IMG/VR virus record: IMGVR_UViG_3300012816_000017
Span: 1 to 44,395 of that record
From: a virus
Taxonomy: Duplodnaviria; Caudoviricetes
Direction: 5' to 3' (one strand)
Length of the DNA stretch: 44,395 bases
The translations under genes and the position numbers were made by a program. The notes under the pieces were generated by a model. The model did not search any database. It was not told the DNA's origin and saw only the letters and a list, made by a program, of their open reading frames with translations. Every line of letters begins with the position of its first letter. The first letter of the stretch is position 1. Of this stretch, positions 12,701 through 21,885 are shown in pieces.

Positions 12701-12922
12701 CACGCTGGCGCGGGGGATGCCATCGGCCGCCACCACCTCCACCTGCACCTGTGCGGCCTCGTGCCCGGTGTAGGCGCCACTGAGCAGCACACGCCCGCCA
12801 CCGGCCCGCACGGCGCTGGTGCGCTCGATGGCGGTGCTGGCGGCCACGCTGGACGCAGCCAGCGCCACGGCAGTGCGCACCAGGTTGTTGCGGCCAGACA
12901 GAAAGCGTTGTACGGAGGGCAT
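9749..12922 (-). CDS. Large tail/baseplate protein
   Basis: 1057 aa, beta-rich, immediately downstream of tape measure. Confidence 0.65.
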   Translation of the reverse strand: MPSVQRFLSGRNNLVRTAVALAASSVAASTAIERTSAVRAGGGRVLLSGAYTGHEAAQVQVEVVAADGIPRASVPQFVGVGNGQLAVVDVDAGAAQQTFSLTLADLGVPTANAGLDVREVRIRAKTPGDAGNDIRITVAPQLVRTATAWALLNDWSTGSATQTGPQWDFGGLPLSTAGELDANGPRIQFGFDPQVYRPYRTFKDGEWRFGLSPELQRSVSSGTKVFTVTGGYIITVTDGTTTETYGDTGVMQPPVVSFHDLLVALGASALVEVAGVVAADRTIGGQAAIDVPLRSSAWLLSLGGSVKLKDVVIPEAAPTQAVIVRCVNADTIGQERWSVEGDVSGTLAQATTGVPYTSAAALFTVPVITPVITDSGQGNGGWSFKYNPVNRGDGDGLPSVCVRPFRFGVNARPLTVTFRYSRRPPADCKCSDVATPILSLSCLGITGDDAMALDPAHLERLQSLYQWRRDFHASNWAQFYTTAKDLDFADLITTTFSTCLKELYAELPVVTLAETEWDDAFTDMKADLLALEGATFATFAGPSLPESIEGAVTTIDMTAYVDSTVPTVQRELRQQLSVSITDLVRKFSARMDYVRTLAGIVPKSDPSSGEAGGCWVDYGDANWWVDTDGYYLPAFTNQGYVSARRNTETGAAYSTKEFGFGLVVACPDRLQLGDEVTIRIQQVDNNRPYSVGDTAVLQTVGAGPAWLTGGIDGTDEQTWRVTASVAGVLPDYMVPTDGSTVPTYTQEGVTLQMALGGIPYALGDKFTFAVEAGQYRWRKDAGAWSAVADIPATGIAGLADGLQATFQPGAAPSFVAGDAYTFSVYQPNAASHVQAATESAWAWAGATASTTLDFGASQPLAMLAMARYSLPAGATATVQLSDDGATWGAAVALDVSGPIALHTFAADAAARYLRVNLAGATGGSIGWLWAGVPPVYCYSASSCKRTHRWAVQRGQGVNSAALYNGAGVGWDVSWDTQGALGGYLSQDEVADLVAMVDWAQQQDEPLIFLPHYLHPQDAALVKAGTDALDVKDVHEYQPNASAKRLLSASLTLDPLYT

Positions 12923-12950
12923 GGGTGGTGGTGTGGTCGGTAGGGGTCAG

Positions 12951-15806
12951 TCAGCGGGCCAGGTTTGCCTGGCGGCGCAGCTCGGGCTCCAGCAGGCGGG
13001 CGAGCTTGGCGGGGTCGGTGACGCCGTTGACGTTGATGACGATGGAGGACTGGAGGCCGCCGCCGTTGCCGCCGGTGCCGGAGCCGCCAGCGCGCGGCGG
13101 TGGCGTGGACACCCCGCCGTCAGAGCCCTGCATGGAGCCGCTGGGCTGCTGGCCATAGCCCGAGCCGCCCGCGTTGCCGCTGTTGCTGCCTCCGCCCTGA
13201 GCACCACCGCCGGCGACATTGAGGCGGGCCCGCTCGATCACGGCCTTGCTGATGGCCTCATTGACGATGGAGAACCAGTCGCGGCTGGGGCCGTTGAGGC
13301 CGTTGCCTTCGGCGACACCCAGGGGCTTTCCGTCCTTGAAATACTTGTCCATCAGGGCCAAGGCTTCTTCTTCGGTCAGCCCCGCACTCTTGGCAGCGTT
13401 GAACACAAACTCACCCGTGGGCACAGACATCTGCTGACGCTGGCCATTGGCGTCGAGCGTGAAGCCTTCTTTGTCCACGTTCCAGTATTTGCGCTTGGCC
13501 TCGGCGGCTTTTTCGAGCGCAGCAGCCTGTCGGTCCAGCAACGCGATTTCGCGCTCGGTGTAGTCCGCACTCAGCTTGTAGCGCATGTTGATTTCATCGA
13601 GGGCGTCAACATTGGCCTGGATGGCTTCGCGCGCACCATGCCAACCTCGGGCCATGCGGCCGGTGGCTTCATCGGTCTTGTTCGCAAGCTCTAGCGTGGC
13701 CTTGCCGGATGCGTCAATCACAATGCGGTAGCCACGCACTGCAGCCTCGGCCTCTACCCAGGTGGGGGCGATGCCCTTGTTGGCGGCGATGGCCTTTTCA
13801 GCCGCCACCTTGAAGGCCGCAGCAATGTCCTCTGCCGTGCTGGTGCCCGCCTCTTTGATGGTGGCGTAGTCGCGTTGGGCGGCTTCGGCTTGGAGCTTTA
13901 GGTCGGCAGCGCTGGTGACACCCAAACGGCCAAATGCAGCAGCGATCTGGGCGGCCGCCTCAGCCGCTGCACGGGCGGCATCTTTGCTTGCAGGGGGCGT
14001 TTCCCGTAGGGCCTTATTGATCTGCTGCAGCTTTTCTGCGGCCGCCTGCAGATTCCCCTTTGCAATCAAATCGTCATACTCTGCGCGCATCAGGGCGATT
14101 GCAGCCAGGTGCGCCTCTGCCGACTGCTTTGCTGCCAGGTCAGCTTGAGCCTTTTTCTCTGTGGCTGCGGCGGCAGCAGCCGCAGCGTCTGCAGTCTTTC
14201 CCAACTCCACGTTGGCTGCCGCTACGGTCTGAGCCCATGCCTGCGTCGCAGCACCGGTAGAGCTAACCGCACCCTCCAACCCTTTGTAGCCATCCTGAGC
14301 AAGCTGGGCCGAATTGGCCGCTTGCTGAAATGCCAGCTCTGACTTCTTGCCAAGTTCCTCGCTGGCAGCCATGGTCGCCTGAGCAGACAGTCGCACCTCA
14401 TCAGCGGCGGCCTTGAAGCTGGCCGACAGCTTTCCGAAGGTGACCTTTGCAAAACCATCCATGATGGCCGCCAGCCCCGTCTGGATGGCACTGGCCTGAA
14501 ATGCAAACGCCTCGCCAATCTTGTAAATCACTGCAAGCACCGAGTTGAACCCGGCGCTCATGACCCCATAGGCCAACTTGACAATATTGCCCGCGTTGGT
14601 GGCGTACTGGCCCACCTGATCAAACACCTCGCCAGTGCGTGTGGCGAAACCCTGCAGATCTGCAACCAGCCGGGTGAAATCCACAGTTCCCAAGAACTCG
14701 CGCACCCACTTGATACCAGCTTGGAATGCTGTAGCAATCGCCTCACCAAACTTGGCCACCGTGCCATCAGCGACTGCCGATTTAAGCGCTGCCGCCAGCT
14801 GGTCCACACCATCTTTGATAACAGGCAGCACGGGCGTACCAAGCACGTTTTTGACCGTATTCCAGGCGCTGGCCAAACCTGTCAGGGAACCATTGAGGTT
14901 GTCCTGCATGACCTTGGCAGTAGCGGCAGCACTGCCCTCGGCGCTCTTTAGTTTGGCGGTTAGATCATCCAGAGCGCCAACACCCTGGTTGAGCAGAGCA
15001 CGCAGCGCAGGGCCAGCCTCCAGGCCAACTGCATTGATTGCCTTGGAGCCCAAGGGGCCAGCAGCAGCCAACTGGCGCAGCGCCTTGTCAAAGTCGCCGG
15101 TTGTAATCCCCGCAGCCGCCAGCTCATTTCGAAATTTGCTGGCAGGGTCCGCAAACTGACTCAAGATTGCATTTAACGCAGTACCCGCCCGGCTGGCATC
15201 AATGCCCGCATCGGCAAACTTGCCGATGATGGCGACCGTGCTTTCAAGGCTCAGTCCCAGGCTGTTTGCCACCGGCGCGGCGTAACTGAGTGCCTGCGCC
15301 AAGCCGGTCACACTGGTGTTGGTGGCGTTCGCACCTAGGGCCAGAACGTCGGCCACTTTGGCCGCATCGGTGAATGCAAGGCCCATCCCCATGACGGCCT
15401 TGGTGATGAACTCGCTGGCCTGCCCCAGATCCACTCCACCAGCCGTTGCCAGCTTGAGCACCGCAGGCAGCGCTGCGATGGCGTCATTGGCATTGAGGCC
15501 AGCCTTGGCAAGGTTCTCCAGTGCGCCAGCTGCCTCTACGCTGGTGAACTGGGTATTCGCCCCGGCATCCTCGGCCACCTTGCGCAGGCGGGCCATTTCA
15601 TCGGCTGACGCCCCTGTTGCCGCCTTCACGCGGCTCATAGCCTGCTCAAAGTCACCCGCGCCCTTCACCACACCCACGAACGCACTGATACCAAAGTAGG
15701 TAGCAATGGCAGCACCAACCGCCGCCACCTTGGCCTGCAAGCTGGTGAACACCGCAGACGCATTGTCCTTGGCGTTGATCAGGATCTCAATGGGCTTGAA
15801 TGCCAC
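12951..15806 (-). CDS. Tail tape measure protein (TP901 family)
   Basis: 951 aa Ala-rich; FEQAMSRVKAATGAS...LAKAGL...AGTALNAIL core; GTG start. Confidence 0.93.
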   Translation of the reverse strand: MAFKPIEILINAKDNASAVFTSLQAKVAAVGAAIATYFGISAFVGVVKGAGDFEQAMSRVKAATGASADEMARLRKVAEDAGANTQFTSVEAAGALENLAKAGLNANDAIAALPAVLKLATAGGVDLGQASEFITKAVMGMGLAFTDAAKVADVLALGANATNTSVTGLAQALSYAAPVANSLGLSLESTVAIIGKFADAGIDASRAGTALNAILSQFADPASKFRNELAAAGITTGDFDKALRQLAAAGPLGSKAINAVGLEAGPALRALLNQGVGALDDLTAKLKSAEGSAAATAKVMQDNLNGSLTGLASAWNTVKNVLGTPVLPVIKDGVDQLAAALKSAVADGTVAKFGEAIATAFQAGIKWVREFLGTVDFTRLVADLQGFATRTGEVFDQVGQYATNAGNIVKLAYGVMSAGFNSVLAVIYKIGEAFAFQASAIQTGLAAIMDGFAKVTFGKLSASFKAAADEVRLSAQATMAASEELGKKSELAFQQAANSAQLAQDGYKGLEGAVSSTGAATQAWAQTVAAANVELGKTADAAAAAAAATEKKAQADLAAKQSAEAHLAAIALMRAEYDDLIAKGNLQAAAEKLQQINKALRETPPASKDAARAAAEAAAQIAAAFGRLGVTSAADLKLQAEAAQRDYATIKEAGTSTAEDIAAAFKVAAEKAIAANKGIAPTWVEAEAAVRGYRIVIDASGKATLELANKTDEATGRMARGWHGAREAIQANVDALDEINMRYKLSADYTEREIALLDRQAAALEKAAEAKRKYWNVDKEGFTLDANGQRQQMSVPTGEFVFNAAKSAGLTEEEALALMDKYFKDGKPLGVAEGNGLNGPSRDWFSIVNEAISKAVIERARLNVAGGGAQGGGSNSGNAGGSGYGQQPSGSMQGSDGGVSTPPPRAGGSGTGGNGGGLQSSIVINVNGVTDPAKLARLLEPELRRQANLAR

Positions 15807-15842
15807 GGGCGGTGCTTTCGGTTGTGGTGGGCAGGCAATGCA

Positions 15843-15906
15843 GCGGCTTCAACTGCCGCCGTTTTCAGGGCGGCACTTGGAGGCGCACGGCGCGCTGGGC
15901 GCCGTG
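15843..15906. other. Two adjacent stem-loops between tail tube and tape measure genes
   Basis: tgccgcc(15854-60)/ggcggca(15869-75) within a longer imperfect stem; cacggcgc(15886-93)/gcgccgtg(15899-906). Confidence 0.55.
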
Positions 15907-15917
15907 ATGGGGATGGG

Positions 15918-16709
15918 TTACGCGGCTACGGGGCGGCCGTCGCAGTAGATGGCCTCGCCGTTGGCAGGCTTGAGCACCTCCAGCCCGAAGCTGAGCTGCA
16001 CGAAGTCGGTGCCCTCGGCAATGATGGGCAGATCGCCATCGGGCGTGAGGGTGACGCGCGGCATGTAGTAGTCGCGGTCGCCGCCGGTGGCGTTGTCGGA
16101 CACGATACGCAGGGCGCCACGAATCTCGGACGTGGAGCCGGTGGTGACACGGTCGAAGCTGGCAGCCACTGGCGTGTAACCGAACTGCACGACAGAGCTG
16201 GCTGCGATTGCACCGCCTTCAACGATCTGCACGCGGCCCGTTTCCAGGTCCACGTTGTAGTCATCACCAGCGTCATAGGTGGTGGTGCCAGCCTCGTTCT
16301 TTACCGTGACGGCGGTGACGTTGCGCACGCCCAGCGGGTTTGCAGTGGTTGCGCCCAGCTGGTAGAAACGCCCGGGTTGCACGGTGCGCAGTTCGCCCGT
16401 CACAGCCACTGCTGTCTGGGTGCGAGCGGTGCGCGTGCCAGACATCCACAACGCGAAGTTGTCTGGCTTCATGTTGTCGCACACCAACGCGCCAGTGCGG
16501 TCGATCTGGACCACCACAGAGGCGTCTTTCTCACGCAGCCCGGTCATGGACGAAAAGTGCTCTGCCTTTTCAGTTGAGATGGTGACGGTGACGCTTGGAC
16601 AGTTGCCCAGCTCAATTTCGCCGGTCAGGGCACCGTTAGCGTCTTCGGGGTCAAAGTACGCACGGCCGCGGGGGATGGTGTACTTCTGTTCTTCATGAAT
16701 CAAAGCCAT
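15918..16709 (-). CDS. Major tail tube protein
   Basis: ELGNCPSVTVTI...EHFSSMTGLREKD...MPRVTLTPDGDLPII; located between terminator and tape measure. Confidence 0.8.
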   Translation of the reverse strand: MALIHEEQKYTIPRGRAYFDPEDANGALTGEIELGNCPSVTVTISTEKAEHFSSMTGLREKDASVVVQIDRTGALVCDNMKPDNFALWMSGTRTARTQTAVAVTGELRTVQPGRFYQLGATTANPLGVRNVTAVTVKNEAGTTTYDAGDDYNVDLETGRVQIVEGGAIAASSVVQFGYTPVAASFDRVTTGSTSEIRGALRIVSDNATGGDRDYYMPRVTLTPDGDLPIIAEGTDFVQLSFGLEVLKPANGEAIYCDGRPVAA

Positions 16710-16741
16710 GTTGATCTCCAGATTGGGGATGGTGTTTGGGT

Positions 16742-17155
16742 TTACTTGGGGCTGCTGATGTAGCTGGCAGCGGTGGCAAAGGTGATCTGGTAGCCGATGA
16801 GGCCCTCATCAGCCAACATGGGCTCGGTGACGCTATCGATAGTGAATGGCGTCCACCTGCGGCCGCCATGTTCTCCAGCGTTCCACCCCAGCAGAGAGCA
16901 GATGACAGCCGAAAGCGCCTGGTCGATTTGCCCAGCAGCCTCTTCACTTCGACGCACCACCAAAGTGATTTGCCAGCGTGGCGCCAGCATCACGGCACCC
17001 ATCTTGGGGTCGGCTACCACAGCACCCGGGCATCGCACATCAGCCATCGGGACCACCGAGCGGTCCGCATCCTCGGTGTTGGTGCGAACATCCCAACCGG
17101 TGAGCTGGGGAAGCGCTTGCAGGCGCAGCTTGATGGGGTTGGCAAGGGCAAGCAT
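16742..17155 (-). CDS. Putative tail terminator
   Basis: 137 aa, position between head-tail joining and tube genes. Confidence 0.55.
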   Translation of the reverse strand: MLALANPIKLRLQALPQLTGWDVRTNTEDADRSVVPMADVRCPGAVVADPKMGAVMLAPRWQITLVVRRSEEAAGQIDQALSAVICSLLGWNAGEHGGRRWTPFTIDSVTEPMLADEGLIGYQITFATAASYISSPK

Positions 17156-17158
17156 GGG

Positions 17159-17467
17159 TCAGGCCTTGGGGTAAACCGTCAGATTGACCCAGCCGCCCGC
17201 GTCGGGCTGCACCGGGCCGGTGACCTTGTGCACCACGCCGTCAATGACCAGCTCGCTGCCCTCGCGCACGCCCGGCGTGTTGACCACGCAGTAGCCCACC
17301 GACAGCGCCGCCACATCGACCGCACGCCCAAATTCATCGGACGCAGTGCGGTCGAACAGGACGCCGAAGGGCTCGCCACCCTGGTACACCGCCGTGGCAT
17401 TGGCCAGGCGGCGCTGCACCGCGCTGTTGACGCGGGCTTCGAGGGCGGCGAAGGGAGCGAGGGACAT
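17159..17467 (-). CDS. Head-tail joining protein (head closure)
   Basis: MSLAPFAALEARVN...GSELVIDGVVHKVTGPVQPDAGGW, FII-like size and position. Confidence 0.65.
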   Translation of the reverse strand: MSLAPFAALEARVNSAVQRRLANATAVYQGGEPFGVLFDRTASDEFGRAVDVAALSVGYCVVNTPGVREGSELVIDGVVHKVTGPVQPDAGGWVNLTVYPKA

Positions 17468-17483
17468 GGCGACGCGCTGCGGG

Positions 17484-17807
17484 TCAGGCGTTAAGGTGCA
17501 GCCAGACGGTGGTGGCGCCGTTGCCTGCGGCTTTGGCGGCATAGCCCGCCAGGGTGTTGCCACTGGCCGTGGTCGTGAGGCGCGAGTTGGCCGCATCCCA
17601 GTAGAGCAACGCGCCCTGGGCGGGTGTGTCGGTACCGAGCTTGGCAAGCTCGACAACACCTTTGACGCGCACAGCGCCCGTGGCGTTAGCAGCGATATCG
17701 GCTACAGCGATGCCGATGCGCACCCCCATGACCACCACCGCGCCACTGGCGACGGCAGAGCCTGGGGTGTAGTCCAGCACGTCGCCGATCTGAACGAAAT
17801 TTTTCAT
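17484..17807 (-). CDS. DUF2190 family capsid cement/decoration protein
   Basis: MKNFVQIGDVLDY...AVASGAVVVMG...GVVELAK...LYWD signature; follows capsid gene. Confidence 0.85.
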   Translation of the reverse strand: MKNFVQIGDVLDYTPGSAVASGAVVVMGVRIGIAVADIAANATGAVRVKGVVELAKLGTDTPAQGALLYWDAANSRLTTTASGNTLAGYAAKAAGNGATTVWLHLNA

Positions 17808-17887
17808 GATGAGGTTCCTTGGAGGATGGAAGGGGTGTTGGGGACAGGCCGGGCGCCGCAGCGCCCTGCCCCGTCAATGGCTGGGGA

Positions 17888-19984
17888 TCAAGGCCCGGGG
17901 TTGCGGGCCAGAGCCTTCCAGTCGAGCGGGCTCACGCCGGCATCGATACGGACCTTGAACTCGGTGCCGTCCACGTTCCAGCCCTGGCGCTGCTCCAGGT
18001 AGGGCGCCTGGTTGCCGTCGAGGTAGTTCACCTCCACGGTGTCGTGCGCATTCGCATCGCCTGCGCCATACCAGGCGGTCGAGGACGCTGCATCCAGGCG
18101 GGCATCGGCAACCACCTCGAAGGTGTTGCGCACGGTGTTGGGCGTGGTGTTGTTGCGCGCTGCTGCGCCCACTTCGTACTCGCTCTCGCGCACCACGTTG
18201 GCAGTGCCCTGCAGCGCGATGGGCACGATCAGGTGCTTCATGCGCATGTTGAGCGTGGCGGTGCCCTGCTTCTGCAGAGCCATGGCTACCCGCATTGCGT
18301 CCACGCTGGCCGTGGTGATAGCAGAGCCGGTCAGCAGGTTGCTGTGAGACGCGTGGAACAGGGCCGTGCCGTCCTGCATCGTGGGGTTGGATGTCAGGAT
18401 GGCGTAGACCAGATCGCCGATGGTGCGGATAGCCGCACGGCCCATGTTGCGCGGCACGCGGGTGAAGGCATCGAGATCATCATTGATGATGGCCTGGCGC
18501 GTGATGCTGAACAGCTCGCCATAGGTGGCCAGCACGACGGTAGCGCCACGGTCGCCCATGGTGGCGTACTTGTACTCAGCCCCCTCAGCTACCTTGCGCA
18601 GGCTGGGGAACATGTTCAGGTCCACGCGGCTGCCCACCTTGAAGTCGGGCAGCGTGCCGGAGCGGGTCCAGATCTGAAAGGTTTCCTCGGCTTCCTCGTA
18701 GCCGGTCAACAAGGCTTTGTTCGCCACGTTGGCCAGCAGGCTGGTGAAGTCGCTGGAACCATGGGTGAAAGCGGCGCCGATGAAAGTGCGCTTGTCCATG
18801 CCTTCAGACTTCATTCCTGCGCGGGTGAGACTGGCACGGGCCATCTCGCCCAGGGTGTAGCCACGGAATGGGTTGGAGCCCTCGGCCTTTATCAGACCAG
18901 CGCGAGCCAACAGAGCGTTTTCGGTGGCCTTGCGGTGCTTGTCGGTTTCGTCTTCGACGGTTACCACGTGGCCACCGGCCACGGGTGTTGCGCCAGCGGC
19001 CAAGTGCGCCAGCAGTTGCGCGCCTGCGGCCTCCACCGTAACGTTGTGATCGTTTTGCAGGCGGGCCATCAGCTCACCCACGCCCTGGCGATCGGCAAAC
19101 GGCTTGAAGCTGGCGGCGATGCCGTTGCGGCGGGCTTGGTCGGCTGCCAAGATTGCAGCCGGATCGACGACGGCAACTGCGGGCGCAGCTGCTGCCACGG
19201 GGGCGGCGGCGCTTCCGCCACCGGCCGCAGCGGCACCAGCAACGCCAATGGCGGCCAGCAGCACATGGGAACGGTTTTTCAACATGGGATCCTCTTCAGC
19301 GGAAGGTGCGGCAGCAGCCGCGGGAGTGCCCTGCACCTGCGCAGCGGCAGGCACAAAGCGGTAACGGGAAACAGGCATGTCGCGCGCAGCGCTGGCGGCG
19401 ACTGGGTTGGCATCGGTGATGGCGTCAATGAACTTGGCGGCCAGCGCCTCTTCGGCAGTGAAAAAGTGGTCTTTGCCGTCGGTGAGCAGCGCGAGTGCGC
19501 CAGGCTGATCGCCGGTCTTGGCGGCGTAGCTCGTGGACATGGCAGTGGCCCAGGTATCGAGCTGGTCCGCCAGTTCGCGCAACTCGGCGCTGTTGCCTGC
19601 CGCGTAGGTCCAGGGGGCGTGAATCATCATCAGCGCGTTGCTAGCCATGTTGATGGTGTCGCCACCCATGGCGATCAGGCTAGCGATGCTGTAGGCGATG
19701 CCGTCGATTTCGACTGTGATTTGCGCCTTGTGGCGCTTCATGGCATTGCAGATGGCGATGCCGTCAGGCACGCTGCCACCAAGGCTGTTGATGCGCACGG
19801 TGATTGCATCCACATCGAGCGCGCCCAGCTCTTGCATGAAGCTTTTTGCGCTGGTGGTTTCGTCCCACCAGCTTTCACCGATGTCACCGTAGATCAAGAT
19901 CTCGGCAGCGGCCAGCGCGCCGACTGCTGCGGCTGCGATGGCTGTCTTGCGGCGGATGGCGTACCAGGGTTGTGAGGTTTTCAT
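17888..19984 (-). CDS. ClpP-like prohead protease / major capsid protein fusion
   Basis: N-terminal EILIYGDIG...RINSLGGSV...AYSIAS...MMIHAPW (S14); C-terminal capsid domain with TYGELFSITRQAIINDDL; start MKTSQPWY at 19984. Confidence 0.92.
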   Translation of the reverse strand: MKTSQPWYAIRRKTAIAAAAVGALAAAEILIYGDIGESWWDETTSAKSFMQELGALDVDAITVRINSLGGSVPDGIAICNAMKRHKAQITVEIDGIAYSIASLIAMGGDTINMASNALMMIHAPWTYAAGNSAELRELADQLDTWATAMSTSYAAKTGDQPGALALLTDGKDHFFTAEEALAAKFIDAITDANPVAASAARDMPVSRYRFVPAAAQVQGTPAAAAAPSAEEDPMLKNRSHVLLAAIGVAGAAAAGGGSAAAPVAAAAPAVAVVDPAAILAADQARRNGIAASFKPFADRQGVGELMARLQNDHNVTVEAAGAQLLAHLAAGATPVAGGHVVTVEDETDKHRKATENALLARAGLIKAEGSNPFRGYTLGEMARASLTRAGMKSEGMDKRTFIGAAFTHGSSDFTSLLANVANKALLTGYEEAEETFQIWTRSGTLPDFKVGSRVDLNMFPSLRKVAEGAEYKYATMGDRGATVVLATYGELFSITRQAIINDDLDAFTRVPRNMGRAAIRTIGDLVYAILTSNPTMQDGTALFHASHSNLLTGSAITTASVDAMRVAMALQKQGTATLNMRMKHLIVPIALQGTANVVRESEYEVGAAARNNTTPNTVRNTFEVVADARLDAASSTAWYGAGDANAHDTVEVNYLDGNQAPYLEQRQGWNVDGTEFKVRIDAGVSPLDWKALARNPGP

Positions 19985-20030
19985 GTGCTGAGGGCTCTCG
20001 ATTGGAGAGCCCTCAGTGTCTGGATTAGCC

Positions 20031-20059
20031 TGTCTTGTTTCTAGGGAAGAAACTGGACA
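20031..20059 (-). promoter_or_regulatory. Putative activator-dependent late promoter site (capsid operon)
   Basis: tgtcttgtttctagggaagaaactggaca, imperfect dyad; 21/27 identical to 21899-21927. Confidence 0.55.
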
Positions 20060-20063
20060 ATTT

Positions 20064-21617
20064 TCAAGCGGCTGCTGTTTCTTCTTCGGCCTGGTTCTGA
20101 CTAGCTGGTGCAGCAGTGGCTGCAGTGCCGAATGCAACGCCGTTCTTGAACGCACCATTGCTTGTGAAGATAAGCGCCTTCTCGGCCGCCTCCTTGCGGA
20201 AGGCCTCTACCTGTTCGAGCACATCGCGAGGGTTGCCGCCGCGGCGCCGGATCACTTCCACCTCGCTGGCAAATCCGGCCTGAACCAGCTTCTCCCACGC
20301 TGCAGCCTCGTGTACCGGGTTAATCCATGGCATCGACTGCCCCACAAACAGCGCGTCGTCGGCGCTGCCGGGCCGCAAATCTGGCGGCATTGGAACCACG
20401 CCACTCAGGTGCGACACCATCACAAAAGTTTCCCAAGTTGGCTGCACGAACATGCCCACAAATTCGTCGGCGAGCACTGCGTAATGCACCCACTGCTCAA
20501 CCAGCTCTTGCCGCTGGGCGCTGTAAGTACCGTTGTAATCCCGGCTCACACTGGAGTAGCTCGCACCGATACCAGCGGCAAAAGCGCGCAGCTGCCCAGA
20601 ACGCCACACCACCAGATTGGGATTGGGCCGGTTGCTGTCGATGAGGCCGATCTCTTCGCCCACCTGCAAGGTGTCGAGGATCATGCCCGGCTGCATACGC
20701 AGATCGCGCGGGAGCGGGTTGCCCTCTTCGTCCTTATCGACGGTGGGCCCCGTGGCTTGGTAGCCATTGGGCTCATTGCGCTTGACGTAGGCGGTCAGTG
20801 ATGCAGCCACCTTTGCGGCTATGCGCTCGCTTTCCTCGTAGTCCTTCAGGTCTTCAATGCGGGAGACAACGCTGGCGAATTCAGACACGCCGCGCTGCTG
20901 GTGCAGCCGGTCGAGCGTGGCCAGGTGCAACATGCGCTCTGCCGGCACGGCTTTCAGGTCGCCTGCGGCACGCAGCACCATGGCGTCGCGCGGGTCGCCT
21001 TTGTAGACCATGTAGTTCGTGGCCTCGCCCCAGGCGTTGGACTGGATGCCCTGACGGATGCCACGGCTGGAATCATCGTAGTCGAGCGGCACAAAGTCGG
21101 GCTCGAAAAGCTCCAGGGAGTACGGAACGCGCGTGCCGTGATTGAGGTAAGGCACGGGTCCAATCAGCTCTTGTGCGAATGCCTCGCCGTCGCGCAGCCA
21201 GGTGTATGCCATCAGCCGCTGCGCCATAGGCCAGCGGTACTTTTTGGTGACGTCTGGCTTTCGCTGCCAGTCTCGGTAGGCCTCGCGCAGCGCCTCGGCG
21301 TATTCCTTGTGAATGGTGCCATCGAGGCGACGCGGCTGCGGTTCAATACCCACCCCGGATGCACCCACCACGTTGTTAACCAACACCCGCAGGGCGCCAC
21401 GCGACAGGTCGTGGTTGCGTTCCAGGTAGCGCGCGTGTGCCCGCAGAGCAGCGGCTCCGCCGGAGACCAGAGCGTTCGGGCTGCTGTTGTCGTTGCGGCG
21501 CTTGCGCTGGCGGCTGGGTTTGGCGCCTTCGTAGTGCGCGAGCGCGCGGCGAGCCTGGGCGCGCTGCAGACCCCGAATGGGATCCTGCCAGGCAACGATG
21601 CGATCGATGATGTTCAT
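20064..21617 (-). CDS. Portal protein, lambda family
   Basis: LRAHARYLERNHD, WLRDGEAF, QQRGVS, SRDYNGTYSAQRQEL, MPWINPVHE. Confidence 0.93.
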   Translation of the reverse strand: MNIIDRIVAWQDPIRGLQRAQARRALAHYEGAKPSRQRKRRNDNSSPNALVSGGAAALRAHARYLERNHDLSRGALRVLVNNVVGASGVGIEPQPRRLDGTIHKEYAEALREAYRDWQRKPDVTKKYRWPMAQRLMAYTWLRDGEAFAQELIGPVPYLNHGTRVPYSLELFEPDFVPLDYDDSSRGIRQGIQSNAWGEATNYMVYKGDPRDAMVLRAAGDLKAVPAERMLHLATLDRLHQQRGVSEFASVVSRIEDLKDYEESERIAAKVAASLTAYVKRNEPNGYQATGPTVDKDEEGNPLPRDLRMQPGMILDTLQVGEEIGLIDSNRPNPNLVVWRSGQLRAFAAGIGASYSSVSRDYNGTYSAQRQELVEQWVHYAVLADEFVGMFVQPTWETFVMVSHLSGVVPMPPDLRPGSADDALFVGQSMPWINPVHEAAAWEKLVQAGFASEVEVIRRRGGNPRDVLEQVEAFRKEAAEKALIFTSNGAFKNGVAFGTAATAAPASQNQAEEETAAA

Positions 21618-21647
21618 GGTTGAGGTGTGATCGGGGAGGTTGCAAGA

Positions 21648-21875
21648 TCAGCCGTCGCGGCCGTCGAATCGGGCCACTGAGAACGACATGCCACCGATGG
21701 TGGCACCGCCGTTTTGCTCAGCTTGGGCGCGGCGCTCCCATTCCTGGCGGCCTTTGCGAATCTCGGCAAGGTTTTCAGCGGAGAGGGTTCGGTTGCCGAA
21801 GGACACTGTTTTGCCGAGCAGCAGCGCTGTCTCAGCCTCCAGGTACTTAGCGACCATTTCAGTTGCGATAGTCAT
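21648..21875 (-). CDS. Head completion protein (gpW-like)
   Basis: YLEAETALLLGKTVSFGNRTLSAENLAEIRKGRQEWE; small gene immediately upstream of portal. Confidence 0.7.
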   Translation of the reverse strand: MTIATEMVAKYLEAETALLLGKTVSFGNRTLSAENLAEIRKGRQEWERRAQAEQNGGATIGGMSFSVARFDGRDG

Positions 21876-21885
21876 GCGCGCCACC

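Noticed and set aside
10217-12943. 908-aa plus-strand ORF and other long antisense ORFs (8081-9376, 17819-19975, 39666-40790, 43389-44321)
   Set aside because: Shadow frames of GC-rich genes on the opposite strand, with no recognisable motifs.
17888-19984. Protease-capsid fusion as a novelty
   Set aside because: ClpP-capsid fusions followed by DUF2190 are well known in lambdoid prophages.
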